Shown here one piece after another: positions 40,548 to 51,813 of a DNA stretch of 64,000 nt. The translations under genes and the position numbers were made by a program. Each line of letters begins with the position of its first letter. Position 1 is the first letter of the stretch. The stretch comes from Clostridiales bacterium UBA4698. Lineage in GTDB: Bacteria; Bacillota; Clostridia; TANB77; UBA1234. The notes beneath the pieces were generated by a model. That model was not told the origin of the DNA, did not search any database, and saw only the letters and a program-made list of their open reading frames with translations. The stretch covers positions 9,471-73,470 of the forward strand of contig DHKI01000003.1 of NCBI GenBank assembly GCA_002404755.1, in the 5' to 3' direction.

Positions 40548-41000
40548 TTAATTATCATCTAAATCAGTTAAATTGTCAATTGCTTTAGCTACATTGGTAT
40601 ATGAAAAACCCTTATTTAAAAGATATCTTTTTACTTTTTCGATATCACCAATTTTAGATTTTTTTATCGCTAATTCTTTAGCCGAATTTTCCTCAAACCT
40701 CTCCAACTCATCTGTTATATATTTATCTATTAAATCTTCATTTATACCTCTTTTCATAAGGTCAATTTTTATTTCTCTTATTGAACAAGCCTTTAATCTC
40801 ATTACATTTTTTATATACTTTTCTACATAAACTTCATCATTTATATATCCGTTTTCTTTCAAATATTCCACAATCTGCTCTATGGTTTCATCATCGTATT
40901 TTAGCATTTTACATTTACTTTTCAGCTCTTCTTCAGTTCTCTTTTTGAACACAATATATTTCATAATTTTATCATCAACAATCATTTGCATACCTCCCAT
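40548..41000 (-). CDS. recX: Recombination regulator RecX
   Basis: About 150 aa of helical repeats, immediately downstream of recA. Confidence 0.8.
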   Translation of the reverse strand: MGGMQMIVDDKIMKYIVFKKRTEEELKSKCKMLKYDDETIEQIVEYLKENGYINDEVYVEKYIKNVMRLKACSIREIKIDLMKRGINEDLIDKYITDELERFEENSAKELAIKKSKIGDIEKVKRYLLNKGFSYTNVAKAIDNLTDLDDN

Positions 41001-41007
41001 AAAACAT

Positions 41008-41028
41008 AAGACGGGTATGTCCCGTCTT
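41008..41028 (-). terminator. Hairpin between recA and recX (partial terminator)
   Basis: AAGACGGG-loop-CCCGTCTT, followed on the minus strand by ATGTTTT. Confidence 0.55.
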
Positions 41029-41037
41029 ATATTCTAT

Positions 41038-42081
41038 TTATTCATCTTCTGATATTTTTTCTATACTTTCACTTAAACTTTTATCAAAAGCATCGTTATA
41101 ATTTTCTCTAATCTTAGCTTCAATTTCTGCACAAACAGTAGGATTATCTTTTAAATATTGCTTTGCATTTTCTCTACCTTGTCCTATTCTTGTACCATTA
41201 TAACTAAACCAAGCTCCTGCTTTTTCAACAATGTTTAAGTTAACACCTATATCTAATACATTTCCTTCTTTTGAAATACCCTCTCCATAAACTATATCAA
41301 ATTCAGCTTCTCTAAATGGAGGAGCAACTTTATTCTTTACAACTTTAACTCTAGTTCTATTACCAACAACCTCATTATTTATCTTTAAAGCTTCTACTCT
41401 TCTTACATCTAATCTAACTGAAGAATAAAACTTAAGAGCTCTACCACCAGGAGTTACTTCTGGATTACCAAACATTACTCCAACCTTTTCACGTAGCTGA
41501 TTTATAAATATTGCAACTGTATTAGATTTATTAAGTACACCTGCAAGTTTTCTAAGAGCTTGTGACATAAGTCTAGCTTGAAGACCAACATGAGAATCTC
41601 CCATATCTCCATCTATTTCTGCTTTAGGAACTAATGCAGCAACAGAGTCAACAACCAAAATATCTATTGCACCGCTTCTAACCAAAGCCTCTGCAATTTC
41701 TAAAGCTTGTTCACCTGTATCTGGTTGAGAAACAATTAAATTATCTATATCAACGCCTAAGTGTTTAGCATATACTGGATCTAATGCATGTTCAGCATCT
41801 ATAAAAGCAGCCTCTCCACCCATTTTTTGTGCTTCTGCAATCATGTGTAAAGCAACAGTTGTTTTACCAGAAGATTCTGGACCAAATACTTCAACAATTC
41901 TTCCTCTTGGAACGCCACCGATACCAAGTGCTATATCTAAACTTAATGCACCAGTTGGTATAACATCTATGTTCATTTGTGCGTTTTCTCCCAATTTCAT
42001 AACCGCACCTTTTCCAAATTGTTTTTCTATCTGTCCAAGTGCCGCTTCTAAAGCTTTTTTCTTTTCATTATTATCAGTCAT
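41038..42081 (-). CDS. recA: Recombinase RecA
   Basis: GPESSGKTT Walker A; the whole sequence is typical of RecA. Confidence 0.98.
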   Translation of the reverse strand: MTDNNEKKKALEAALGQIEKQFGKGAVMKLGENAQMNIDVIPTGALSLDIALGIGGVPRGRIVEVFGPESSGKTTVALHMIAEAQKMGGEAAFIDAEHALDPVYAKHLGVDIDNLIVSQPDTGEQALEIAEALVRSGAIDILVVDSVAALVPKAEIDGDMGDSHVGLQARLMSQALRKLAGVLNKSNTVAIFINQLREKVGVMFGNPEVTPGGRALKFYSSVRLDVRRVEALKINNEVVGNRTRVKVVKNKVAPPFREAEFDIVYGEGISKEGNVLDIGVNLNIVEKAGAWFSYNGTRIGQGRENAKQYLKDNPTVCAEIEAKIRENYNDAFDKSLSESIEKISEDE

Positions 42082-42126
42082 GATAAACCTCCTTTATTAC
42101 TTCTCTTTTGGCTACAACTAAATAAT

Positions 42127-42140
42127 AGAACACTCGTTCT
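42127..42140. promoter_or_regulatory. LexA (Cheo-type) SOS box AGAAC-N4-GTTCT
   Basis: AGAACACTCGTTCT lies 46 nt upstream of the recA start and matches GAAC-N4-GTTC. Confidence 0.8.
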
Positions 42141-42252
42141 AAAATGTCAAGAATAATTTTTCGTTTAATTAGAAAATTATTTTAGGACTTCCAAATTCAT
42201 CATCAACACATTTAATACAAAGCATGATATATAAGCTATTTCACATCTTATA

Positions 42253-43830
42253 TCATTTACAAAATGTCGTCATATTTCTAAAATAATTCGACCATGTTGG
42301 TTCTATGTTTCCCTTAACACTCTTATTAGTTAAAATAGTACTTGTCTTAAAATACAACCCTATATATGGTGCATCATTCTTAAATAATAATGAATATGTA
42401 TAAATATTTTCATCATAATTCAAGTTATCGACTTTTAAATTTTCGATTATAGAATTCATTGCTTCTGAAGAATAATTAGCATAATTGTTTTCACTTTCAT
42501 TTTCCACCAAACTGCATGTAAACATTTTATTTTTTATATCAATGGATAACAGTGCCAACTCAAATTTATCTTGCTTTATATTATTCTTTATATTTTCTAT
42601 AGATGTTTTATTTATGTTTATTGGTATGCCAATTTCACTAAGATTTTCTTTTATTTTTTCGGCTACAGCTATCTTCTCTTTATTGTCTGCATTCACCATC
42701 AAATTAAAATGTAAAGAATATTTCTTGCCTTCGATATCTTTTTGCCAGCCATCTTGACTCTGGCTCCATCCAGCATTTATTAAAATTTGTTTTGCTTTTT
42801 CAATGTCATATTCTGCATTAGTAACACTATTTTTCGAATTTGTGTGAATTGGAATATCACTAACACTTGCGTTATCATTATATATACTGTTTATTATATT
42901 TTCTCTATTTATTGCTTGAAGAATTGCTCTTCTTACTGAATTGTCAGCAAGCAAAATATTATTGCAATTTGGCACAATCAATTCATATTCCGAATTCTCA
43001 AAACTATATGAATTGACACCTATTGTTCCAAACTTTTCTTTCCAAGAAGACATGTTTGTTACAATCAAATCAATATCAGCAGACTTAAATGCTTTTATTG
43101 CTTCTCCATACGTTGCGTATTTATATACATAAATTTTTTGAAGTTTAGCGTTATCTTCTTTCCACCAATTCGTATTAAATGATAATTCTATAACATCATC
43201 TGATGTATTTACAAATTTGTATGGACCTGTTCCAACCATTTTAGAAATTCTATTTTCATTATTAAAATTTTCACCTTTAAAATAGTATTCAGGAACAATT
43301 GGAAAACTCAATTTAGAAACAAAGAAATCATCAGCTAAAGAAAGATTAACTTTTATTGCATCGTCTCCTATCACCTCTAAGTTATTAACATTTTTGAGGT
43401 TTGAACTGTATGTCAAATCATTATTTCTTAACATATTAAACGTAAATAGGACATCATTAGCCGTAAAAGCCACCCCACTATGCCATTTAACATTATTCCT
43501 TAATTTAATAATCCAGTTGTATTCATCTAGTCTTGTGCAACTTTCAGCAAGCACATACTCTATCTCATCATCACTTTTATACGCAATTAATGGTTCATAA
43601 ATCAAATTAAGCATTGATACTACATCTGCATTTTTCGTTTTTAATGGATTAAATGTATCTAACTCAGAAATAGATATATTCAATTCATCTCTATAAATTT
43701 CGTTAACATTTTTCAATAATGATTGTGTTTCAACTTCATCTTTTTCTTCTATCTTTACGCTTTTTATACCGACAGTAAGTCCCCATACTATAGCTAAAAA
43801 TATAAAAAACAAAACTATCTTCTTGCCCAA
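42253..43830 (-). CDS. Orphan ABC transporter substrate-binding protein (family 5, peptide/nickel type)
   Basis: 525 aa with an N-terminal signal/anchor and family-5 SBP-like sequence. No adjacent permease genes. Confidence 0.65.
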   Translation of the reverse strand: MGKKIVLFFIFLAIVWGLTVGIKSVKIEEKDEVETQSLLKNVNEIYRDELNISISELDTFNPLKTKNADVVSMLNLIYEPLIAYKSDDEIEYVLAESCTRLDEYNWIIKLRNNVKWHSGVAFTANDVLFTFNMLRNNDLTYSSNLKNVNNLEVIGDDAIKVNLSLADDFFVSKLSFPIVPEYYFKGENFNNENRISKMVGTGPYKFVNTSDDVIELSFNTNWWKEDNAKLQKIYVYKYATYGEAIKAFKSADIDLIVTNMSSWKEKFGTIGVNSYSFENSEYELIVPNCNNILLADNSVRRAILQAINRENIINSIYNDNASVSDIPIHTNSKNSVTNAEYDIEKAKQILINAGWSQSQDGWQKDIEGKKYSLHFNLMVNADNKEKIAVAEKIKENLSEIGIPININKTSIENIKNNIKQDKFELALLSIDIKNKMFTCSLVENESENNYANYSSEAMNSIIENLKVDNLNYDENIYTYSLLFKNDAPYIGLYFKTSTILTNKSVKGNIEPTWSNYFRNMTTFCK

Positions 43831-43907
43831 AAAATCACCTCTTTTTCAAAATCATTCTATAATATCCAACTATGTTTTTCAAGAAAGTTTTTATACGAAC
43901 AACAAAA

Positions 43908-43926
43908 AACCGCACTAGGTGCGGTT
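43908..43926 (-). terminator. Terminator downstream of spoVS
   Basis: AACCGCAC-tag-GTGCGGTT followed by TTTTTTG on the minus strand. Confidence 0.75.
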
Positions 43927-43944
43927 ATATGTATATATTTATTT

Positions 43945-44205
43945 TTATCTAGGCTCTACTGCTAACTTTATTCCTGTTCTTTCCTCGTCCTCGATTTTAA
44001 CCTCTGTAAAAGCTGGTATGCAAATTAAATCAACACCAGATGGTGCAACAAATCCTCTTGCTATTGCTATTGCTTTTATAGCTTGATTTAACGCACCTGC
44101 TCCAATCGCTTGCATCTCTGCTCTTCCTTTCTCTTTAATTAATCCTGCTATAGCACCTGCTACTGAATTTGGATTTGATTTTGTTGAAATTTTTAAAATA
44201 TCCAT
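43945..44205 (-). CDS. spoVS: Stage V sporulation protein S
   Basis: MDILKISTKSNPNSVAGAIAGLI..MQAIGAGALNQAIKAIAIARGF. Confidence 0.95.
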   Translation of the reverse strand: MDILKISTKSNPNSVAGAIAGLIKEKGRAEMQAIGAGALNQAIKAIAIARGFVAPSGVDLICIPAFTEVKIEDEERTGIKLAVEPR

Positions 44206-44334
44206 GTTATTCCTCCTTGTTTTTATTTTGATTACTTACTACACTATAAATTATATAAGGTTTTATATAAAAAGCCAGTATTTTCCAATAAAAACTTAGA
44301 GAATCGATTGACAAAAATCGCTATATTTAGGCAT

Positions 44335-45111
44335 TTATAGACTTATTCTTGTAATATCCGTTACCTTTTTACTTGTTTCATCAAAATTAAATACAACGCC
44401 ATTTAGCATAAATGGTCCTTCTGCACAAGAATATCTTTCCGGAATTTGTGTCAAAAATCTTTTCATTGCGGCCTCAATATTCATGCCTATAATCGAATTC
44501 TTTGGTCCCGTCATACCAACGTCTGTTATGTATCCCATTCCTGTATCATATATTTTCTCATCAGCTGTTTGTACATGAGTATGAGTTCCAAACAAAATAT
44601 TAACTTTATCTTTCAAATAATATGCAAGTGCAATTTTTTCTGCAGTAGCTTCAGCATGAAAATCAACTATAATTATATCTGCACCATTTTTCTTTAACTT
44701 ATCAATCTCTTTATCGGCAGCAATAAAAGGGCTATCATAACTTCCGCCCATATCTACTCTACCAATTAAATTTATAATACCAATCTTTTTATCTTTAGCA
44801 CGCAATAATGTACTACCTTTTCCGCATACTCCTTCAGCATAATTTGCTGGTCTAATTAATCGCTCATCTTCATCTATGAATGAGAAAATATCCTTTTTTC
44901 CCCATGTGTGATTTCCCATTGTTATTGCATCAACACCACAAGCATATAAATCATTTACTATATTCTTAGTAATTCCCATACCGTCTGCTGAATTTTCACC
45001 ATTAGCTATTGTAAAATCTATATTATATTTTTCTTTTAGCTTTGATATGTTTTTCTTAACTGCTTCAACGCCAACTTTTCCAACGATATCTCCAATAATT
45101 AAAAAATTCAT
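44335..45111 (-). CDS. ymdB: YmdB-family metallophosphoesterase (2',3'-cyclic nucleotide phosphodiesterase)
   Basis: GDIVGK, NGEN, GNH, GTHTHV motifs. Lies downstream of rny. Confidence 0.9.
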   Translation of the reverse strand: MNFLIIGDIVGKVGVEAVKKNISKLKEKYNIDFTIANGENSADGMGITKNIVNDLYACGVDAITMGNHTWGKKDIFSFIDEDERLIRPANYAEGVCGKGSTLLRAKDKKIGIINLIGRVDMGGSYDSPFIAADKEIDKLKKNGADIIIVDFHAEATAEKIALAYYLKDKVNILFGTHTHVQTADEKIYDTGMGYITDVGMTGPKNSIIGMNIEAAMKRFLTQIPERYSCAEGPFMLNGVVFNFDETSKKVTDITRISL

Positions 45112-45235
45112 AATTAGCCTCCTTAACATTCATACTAAATACTCTTAATAGAGTATTTTCATACCTTTCAAAGTATATCATAATTTAAAGAAAAAGCAAA
45201 GGAGACAAACCTTTTAAGTTCATCTCCTACTTTTT

Positions 45236-46828
45236 TTATTTTGCATATTCTATTGCTCTAGTCTCTCTTATAACATTTACTTTTATTTGTCCTGGATAAT
45301 CCATTTCTTCTTCTATTCTCTTTGCAATGTCTCTTGCCATAATTGTCATCTTGTCTTCATCAATAGTTTCAGGTTTTACAATTATTCTAACTTCACGACC
45401 TGCTTGAATTGCAAATGATTTTTCAACGCCTTCAAAAGAATCAGCAATTTCTTCTAATTTTTCAAGTCTCTTAATATAGTTCTCTAAAGTTTCTCTTCTA
45501 GCACCTGGTCTCGAAGCAGAGATTGCATCTGCTGCTTGAACTAAGACAGCCTCCATTGTTAATGGTTCAACATCACCATGGTGAGCTTGTACTGCGTTGA
45601 TAACAGCATTACTTTCCTTATATTTTCTAAGGATGTCAACACCAATTTCAACATGTGTACCTTCTATTTCATGGTCTATCGCTTTACCAATATCATGAAG
45701 TAATCCCGCTCTTTTAGCAAGTTTAGGATCAAATCCTAACTCTTCTGCCATAATACCAGCCAATTGTGAAACTTCTATAGAGTGATTTAATACATTTTGT
45801 CCATAACTTGTTCTATATTTTAACTTACCGATTAGCTTAATTACATCTGGATGTAAACCTATGACACCAGTTTCCATAGATGCTTCTTCGCCTTCTTCTT
45901 TGATTATAGTTTCAAGCTCTTCTTTTGCCTTTTCTACCATCTCTTCTATTCTAGCAGGATGAATTCTACCATCTGTAACTAGATTTTCAAGAGCTATTCT
46001 AGCAACCTCACGTCTTATAGGATCGAAACTTGATAAAATAACAGCCTCTGGTGTATCATCAATAATCAAATCAATTCCCGTTAGAGTTTCTAGAGTTTTG
46101 ATATTTCTACCTTCCCTTCCGATAATTCTGCCTTTCATATCGTCGCTTGGCAAAGGTACAACAGAAACTGTAGTTTCAGATGTATGGTCAGCAGCACACT
46201 TTTGAACTGCATAAGTAATTAACTCTTTCGCTTTCTTATTAGCTTCTTCCTTTGTCTTATTCTCAAACTCTTTTATTATAACAGCCTGATCATGTGTCAA
46301 AGATTCATTTAATGTGCTTAGAAGATATTTTTTTGCTTCTTCTTGTGATAACCCAGAAATTCTTTCTAATTCAGCCAATTGCTTGTCCTTAAATTTTCCA
46401 AGTTCATCCTTTTCTTCCTCTAATTTTCTTTCCTTATCCAATAACTCAATTTCTTTTCCTTCTAATTTCTCGATTTTTTTATCTAAAGTCTCTTCTTTTT
46501 GAAGTAATCTCTTTTCTTGCTTTGCTACTTCTGCCCTTCTTTCTCTTATCTCGCCTTCTAAATCTCCACGTTCTTTTTGTATTTCTTCTTTAGCTAAAAT
46601 AACTTTTTCTTTTCTTTCTGCCTCAGCTATTCTAACAATCTCTGATGCCTTATTTCTAGCTTCATTTCTTAATCTTTCAGCTTCTTCTTCAGCATTCTTG
46701 ATTTTAGACAATCCTTTTTTAGTCTTGTTTTTTTCTAGCAAAAAGAAAATAAAAATTACAATCGCTGCTGTAATAATAGCGACAATAATAGAAGGGACAA
46801 TCATTTCTCTAGTAAAAATATCGTCCAC
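45236..46828 (-). CDS. rny: Ribonuclease Y
   Basis: N-terminal TM, coiled coil, KH domain ([11 protein letters not shown]), HD domain (LLHDIGK). Confidence 0.96.
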   Translation of the reverse strand: MDDIFTREMIVPSIIVAIITAAIVIFIFFLLEKNKTKKGLSKIKNAEEEAERLRNEARNKASEIVRIAEAERKEKVILAKEEIQKERGDLEGEIRERRAEVAKQEKRLLQKEETLDKKIEKLEGKEIELLDKERKLEEEKDELGKFKDKQLAELERISGLSQEEAKKYLLSTLNESLTHDQAVIIKEFENKTKEEANKKAKELITYAVQKCAADHTSETTVSVVPLPSDDMKGRIIGREGRNIKTLETLTGIDLIIDDTPEAVILSSFDPIRREVARIALENLVTDGRIHPARIEEMVEKAKEELETIIKEEGEEASMETGVIGLHPDVIKLIGKLKYRTSYGQNVLNHSIEVSQLAGIMAEELGFDPKLAKRAGLLHDIGKAIDHEIEGTHVEIGVDILRKYKESNAVINAVQAHHGDVEPLTMEAVLVQAADAISASRPGARRETLENYIKRLEKLEEIADSFEGVEKSFAIQAGREVRIIVKPETIDEDKMTIMARDIAKRIEEEMDYPGQIKVNVIRETRAIEYAK

Positions 46829-47045
46829 CTCCCTTTATTTACTTTTCAATGTTCAATATATTATTATTTAAAGTATCTATCCAATACTCAAAATCACAAC
46901 AATCTTTTGAATAATATATTTCACTGCCATTCTATTTTATCTATAAAAGCCTACATTGTCAATAGCTAATATGACAGCTAAAAAGGCTAAAAGAATGTAA
47001 CCTCAAATTATACAACTTGAGGTTACACTCTTAAAAAATCCGCTC

Positions 47046-47555
47046 TTAAACTAACACGTTTTTAGAAGAATTGTACGCTTCTTCTATTTTCTCATCAATC
47101 AAGATTTCAACTTGTTCTTTTGTCATAGCTTCAGCCAAAACTAGCTCGCTTATAAGTATTTGTTTCGCATTTGATAGCATCTTTTTCTCGCCAGTAGCAA
47201 GCCCTTTGTCTTTTTGTCTGAAAGTTAAGTTTCTGACAACATCTGCAACTTCACATATATCGCCGCTCTTCATCTTGTCCTGATTGTCTCTATATCTTTT
47301 GTTCCAATTAGAAGACATATCCGTTGGCATAGCACTAAGAACGTCTAATACACTTTCCGCCACATCTCCACCGATTACATCTCTTACACCGATTAATTCA
47401 GCATTTTTCGTTGGTACCATAACTTTTATGTCTCCAACAGGCATTTTCATTATGTAATATTTTTGTTTTTCTCCTAGTATTTCACGCTCTTCTATTGATT
47501 CAATTGTTCCTGCACCATGCATTGGATATACTATCTTGTCTCCTACTTTAAACAT
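47046..47555 (-). CDS. carD: CarD/CdnL family transcriptional regulator
   Basis: MFKVGDKIVYPMHGAG.I..I.E.E..G....YY. Confidence 0.88.
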   Translation of the reverse strand: MFKVGDKIVYPMHGAGTIESIEEREILGEKQKYYIMKMPVGDIKVMVPTKNAELIGVRDVIGGDVAESVLDVLSAMPTDMSSNWNKRYRDNQDKMKSGDICEVADVVRNLTFRQKDKGLATGEKKMLSNAKQILISELVLAEAMTKEQVEILIDEKIEEAYNSSKNVLV

Positions 47556-47868
47556 CAGTATCACTCCCTAACTTCCGTATTATGTTATTGTAAGAAAATC
47601 TTTCCTTTTCTTACGGCACGTTTACATTATATCACAAATAATGGTAAAAGTCAAAGAATTTAGTAAACTAATTTTTATAATTTTGTAAACAAATCTATCT
47701 ATGTTTTAAAAGTCATATTCATTATTTTTGTGCCACATAAACATCATAAAAGCCAAAAAATGACATTGCTTTTTTACACTTTATAGTCACATAACTATCC
47801 CCCCATACAATTTAACATTTCTTTTACATACAAAAAGGAAACAGTTTCAAGCTGTTTCCTTTTTGTAT

Positions 47869-48174
47869 TTAGTGTTTATCCTCTTTGCTATTTACAATCT
47901 CCATGCCATACTTAAGGATATATACATGGGTTTCTTTATCTGTTTTAAACTCAGGCAAGTCAATTCCAACCTCCTTCGCTAATCTAGAAATCGTATTAAG
48001 CGCCTCCTTTGCACCTTCTAGATTGTCTTCTTTTTTTTCTCCCATTACTTTTGCGGTAGCTGAAGTAATCATCTGCTTAAATGTCTCTCCAACGGTGTTT
48101 ACCGACTCGTCAAATATCTTCTTCTGCTCAACTGTGAGTTTCTCTCTTACTTTCAACATCTTTTCGATTTCCAT
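47869..48174 (-). CDS. Hypothetical 101-aa protein
   Basis: AAGGAGG RBS, its own consensus promoter, and a terminator at 47832-47866. Confidence 0.55.
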   Translation of the reverse strand: MEIEKMLKVREKLTVEQKKIFDESVNTVGETFKQMITSATAKVMGEKKEDNLEGAKEALNTISRLAKEVGIDLPEFKTDKETHVYILKYGMEIVNSKEDKH

Positions 48175-48215
48175 AAACGAAACCTCCTTTTAATAATTCA
48201 AAAACGTACTCATAC

Positions 48216-48244
48216 ATTGTAGCACCTTTCATGCTTTATGTCAA
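48216..48244 (-). promoter_or_regulatory. Consensus sigma-A promoter TTGACA-17-TGcTACAAT
   Basis: Reverse complement of 48216-48244; sits just after the stop of the upstream gene. Confidence 0.6.
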
Positions 48245-48245
48245 C

Positions 48246-48881
48246 TTATTTTTCTTCAAAATCTGTCATTTCCTTTATTCTTTTTGCTACACCGTCTGCA
48301 CTTACTTTTCCGTATAAACTCGCACTCTCTGTATATGCTTCAATATCATTTTCATAATCTCTATCGAGTGCATCTATTATTGCACACCCCAAGGTAAATT
48401 GAAATACCCAATCAGCTATTTTATGTCTGGTTTCAACAACTCCTGGTTTTGATCTATTTTCATCCCCCAGAAGCCCTCTCGTATCTTTCTTATATTCATC
48501 TGGAAGTTCACCATATATCTCTTCTAATCCTGAATCTCGACAAATACCATCCGCCATCTTAATTTTTCCAATCAAAGCATCATGCGTTAACTTCCTTCTA
48601 CGCTCAATTTCTTCGCTTTTAGTTCTCCATTCATCTGCACTTCTTTCTTTAGAATATGCATCTCGTGTTATACTCTTAAAGTTGTCATCAAAAACAGATG
48701 CTGTATAGTCGGCCATACACTCTATTAAGTCTGTTATCGCCTTTTCGTCGCTTTCGGCCCACCCTCTCTCTTCCTCAGATATGCTAGTATCATTTTTTCT
48801 TTTTATCAAATATTCTCTCACATCTTTTATGCTTCTTAAAATTCTATCGATATCTCTCTCTGTCATTTTTTCCTTTTTCAT
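48246..48881 (-). CDS. Hypothetical 211-aa protein (mildly GC-enriched)
   Basis: GGGGGG-type RBS before MKKEKMTERD. 26/60 GC at 48421-48480. Confidence 0.55.
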   Translation of the reverse strand: MKKEKMTERDIDRILRSIKDVREYLIKRKNDTSISEEERGWAESDEKAITDLIECMADYTASVFDDNFKSITRDAYSKERSADEWRTKSEEIERRRKLTHDALIGKIKMADGICRDSGLEEIYGELPDEYKKDTRGLLGDENRSKPGVVETRHKIADWVFQFTLGCAIIDALDRDYENDIEAYTESASLYGKVSADGVAKRIKEMTDFEEK

Positions 48882-48908
48882 ATGCATATCCCCCCTTAAC
48901 ATATTTAT

Positions 48909-48972
48909 ATTATACCATGTTTTAACATATTATGTCAATCAATATGTTGTGTCCCAATATTTTCCCAATATT
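48909..48972 (-). promoter_or_regulatory. Promoter TTGACA-18-TGgTATAAT preceded by a tandem AATATTGGGA direct repeat
   Basis: -10 at 48909-48914 and -35 at 48933-48938. TCCCAATATT (+ strand) at 48952-48961 and 48963-48972, period 11. Confidence 0.55.
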
Positions 48973-49073
48973 GTCCTAAATTTAATTTAAGGCTTTATTC
49001 TTTATAACGAAAAGCCTCACCGCAAACTTTACCATTTAAAGTAAAATTCACAGTGAGGCTTCACAATCATTAT

Positions 49074-51698
49074 CTATGCCTTTAACGCATTTATTCTTTC
49101 TTCTGTTTTTGCAAGTAATTCTTGATATTTTATCTTTTTGTTCTTTTCTTCTTCTATTTTTGCTGCTGGTGCCTTTGCAACAAATCCTTCATTTGATAGC
49201 ATTTTTTCTACTCTGTTTATTTCATTTTGATATGTTAGCTTTTCTTTTTCAAGTCTTTCTATTTCAGCACTAATATCTACTAATTCATTAAACGGGATAT
49301 ATATTTCTATTCCTGGAACTGCTATTGAAACTGCATTATCTGCGATTCCTGTTTTATCTTTTTGTATTGTTATTTTATCTGCATATGCTAATTTTTCAAT
49401 AAATCCTCTTCCCTCTTCAATTACCTTTTCATTTTCTGTAACAAAAATCAAACTTGCTTTTCTTGATGGTACTACATTCATATTAGCACGGATATTTCTT
49501 ATATTTTTGATAATTTCTTTTATTAGCTCAACATCGTTTTCTTCTGCCTTATAATCGTTTTCTGCTTTATATTCTGGCCATTTTGAAATCATTATGCTTT
49601 CATCATTATGATCTAATTTCATATATATTTCTTCTGTTATAAATGGCATAAATGGATGCAATAATTTAAGCGAAATCTTTAATATCTCGTCTATTGTATA
49701 TAAGGCCTCGCTTCTTGTCTCGTTTGTCATATCGTAAAGTCTTGGCTTAATCATCTCTATATACCAGTCACAAAGCTCATCACGAGTAAAGTCCATTATT
49801 TTTTGAATTGCTATACCAAAATCATATTTATCCATTGCCTCTGTAACTTCTTTTACAGTTCTATTGGCTTTAGATATTATCCATTTATCTTCAATTGTCA
49901 TTTTGCTTTCATCATGAACTAGTTTATCTTCTCCAAAATTCATCATTGCAAATCTTGATGCGTTCCAAAGCTTATTTGCAAAGTTTCTACCCGCTTCTAC
50001 CTTGTCTGGCAAATATCTTGTATCATTACCTGGTGTTGTTCCTTGTACTAATGCATATCTAAATGAATCTGCACCATATTTATCTATAACATCTAGTGGA
50101 TTTACACCATTTCCTAATGATTTTGACATCTTTCTACCTTGCTCATCTCTTACTAATCCGTGGATTAAAACCTCTTTAAATGGTGGCTTTCCTGTATTTT
50201 CGATACTAGAGAATAACATTCTAGCAACCCAGAAGAATATTATATCGTAACCTGTTACTAATACATCTGTTGGGAAGAACTTTTCAAAATCTTTTGTTTT
50301 TTCTGGCCAACCAAGTGTTGCAAATGGCCATAATGCAGAGCTAAACCATGTGTCTAGTGTATCTTCATCTTGTCTCATTTTTCCACCACATTTTGGACAT
50401 GTTGTAACATCTGTTTCAGATACAACCATTTCTCCGCAATCATCACAATAATATGCTGGTATTCTGTGTCCCCACCATAATTGTCTAGATATGCACCAAT
50501 CTCTAACATTATCCATCCATGAGAAATAGATTTTATCGAATCTCTCAGGTATAAATTTCATCTCACCATTTCTAACAGCTTCATTTGCTGGTTTTGCAAG
50601 TTCTTTCATGCTTACAAACCATTGATTTGAAACTGCTGGCTCAACTGTCTCATGACATCTATAACATTTTCCAACATTATGTGTGTAATTTTCTGTTTTT
50701 ACAAGACAGCCTAATTTTTCTAGATCTTCAACAATTGCTTTTCTAGCTGTTAATCTATCCATTCCTTCATACTTAGCAACCAATCCATTCATATGAGCAT
50801 CTTCTGTAAATACTTTTATAACCTCTAAGTTATGACGCAAGCCTACTTCAAAGTCATTTGGATCGTGTGCAGGTGTTATTTTAACGGCACCTGTTCCGAA
50901 TTCTTTCTCTACATATGTATCTGCAATTATTGGAATTTCTTTATTCATTATTGGAAGTACAACTGTTTTTCCAACAATATCTTTATATCTTTCATCATCT
51001 GGATGTACTGCTATAGCTGTATCTCCAAGCATTGTTTCTGGTCTTGTTGTAGCTACAATTATAGAATAGCTCTTATCTGGTGCATCGTATCTTATGTGCC
51101 ATAAATGACCAGCCTCTTCTTCATATTCAACTTCTGCATCAGAGATAGAAGTCAAACATTTAGGACACCAGTTTATCATTCTCTCGCCTTTATAAATTAA
51201 GCCTTTATTGTATAAATCAACGAAAACTTTCTTTACTGCTTTTGTCAAATGTTCGTCCATTGTGAAACTAACTCTAGACCAATCACAAGAAACACCCATC
51301 TTACGAAGCTGATTTAAAATTGTTCCACCATATTTTTCTTTCCAAGCCCATGCTCTTTCTAAGAATCCATCTCTTCCTATGTCTTCTTTTGAAATGCCCT
51401 CTTTACGCATCTGTTCAACTATTTTTGCTTCTGTTGCGATACTTGCGTGGTCGATACCTGGAACCCATAAAGTTTCAAATCCTTGCATTCTCTTGTATCT
51501 AACAATAATATCTTGAAGTGTGTTATCCATTCCATGTCCCATGTGAAGAACACCTGTAATATTTGGAGGTGGCATCATTATTGTAAATGGTGCTTTTTTG
51601 CTGTCCGCATTAGCCTCAAAATATCTTTTTTCTAACCAATTGTTATAAATCTTTTCCTCGAACTCTTTAGGTTCATATGTTTTTCCTAATAAATTCAT
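49074..51698 (-). CDS. valS: Valine--tRNA ligase
   Basis: 874 aa. HIGH-type motif (PNITGVLHMGH), KMSKS, C-terminal coiled coil. Confidence 0.97.
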   Translation of the reverse strand: MNLLGKTYEPKEFEEKIYNNWLEKRYFEANADSKKAPFTIMMPPPNITGVLHMGHGMDNTLQDIIVRYKRMQGFETLWVPGIDHASIATEAKIVEQMRKEGISKEDIGRDGFLERAWAWKEKYGGTILNQLRKMGVSCDWSRVSFTMDEHLTKAVKKVFVDLYNKGLIYKGERMINWCPKCLTSISDAEVEYEEEAGHLWHIRYDAPDKSYSIIVATTRPETMLGDTAIAVHPDDERYKDIVGKTVVLPIMNKEIPIIADTYVEKEFGTGAVKITPAHDPNDFEVGLRHNLEVIKVFTEDAHMNGLVAKYEGMDRLTARKAIVEDLEKLGCLVKTENYTHNVGKCYRCHETVEPAVSNQWFVSMKELAKPANEAVRNGEMKFIPERFDKIYFSWMDNVRDWCISRQLWWGHRIPAYYCDDCGEMVVSETDVTTCPKCGGKMRQDEDTLDTWFSSALWPFATLGWPEKTKDFEKFFPTDVLVTGYDIIFFWVARMLFSSIENTGKPPFKEVLIHGLVRDEQGRKMSKSLGNGVNPLDVIDKYGADSFRYALVQGTTPGNDTRYLPDKVEAGRNFANKLWNASRFAMMNFGEDKLVHDESKMTIEDKWIISKANRTVKEVTEAMDKYDFGIAIQKIMDFTRDELCDWYIEMIKPRLYDMTNETRSEALYTIDEILKISLKLLHPFMPFITEEIYMKLDHNDESIMISKWPEYKAENDYKAEENDVELIKEIIKNIRNIRANMNVVPSRKASLIFVTENEKVIEEGRGFIEKLAYADKITIQKDKTGIADNAVSIAVPGIEIYIPFNELVDISAEIERLEKEKLTYQNEINRVEKMLSNEGFVAKAPAAKIEEEKNKKIKYQELLAKTEERINALKA

Positions 51699-51813
51699 TT
51701 TTTATTCCTTCCTTTCATGTTTGTTAATTTTTTATTTATAAAACATATCTAAACTTAATCCTGTACCTTGTTTTTCATAAATCAATTTACAGTATCCTAC
51801 AAATTCTTTGTGG

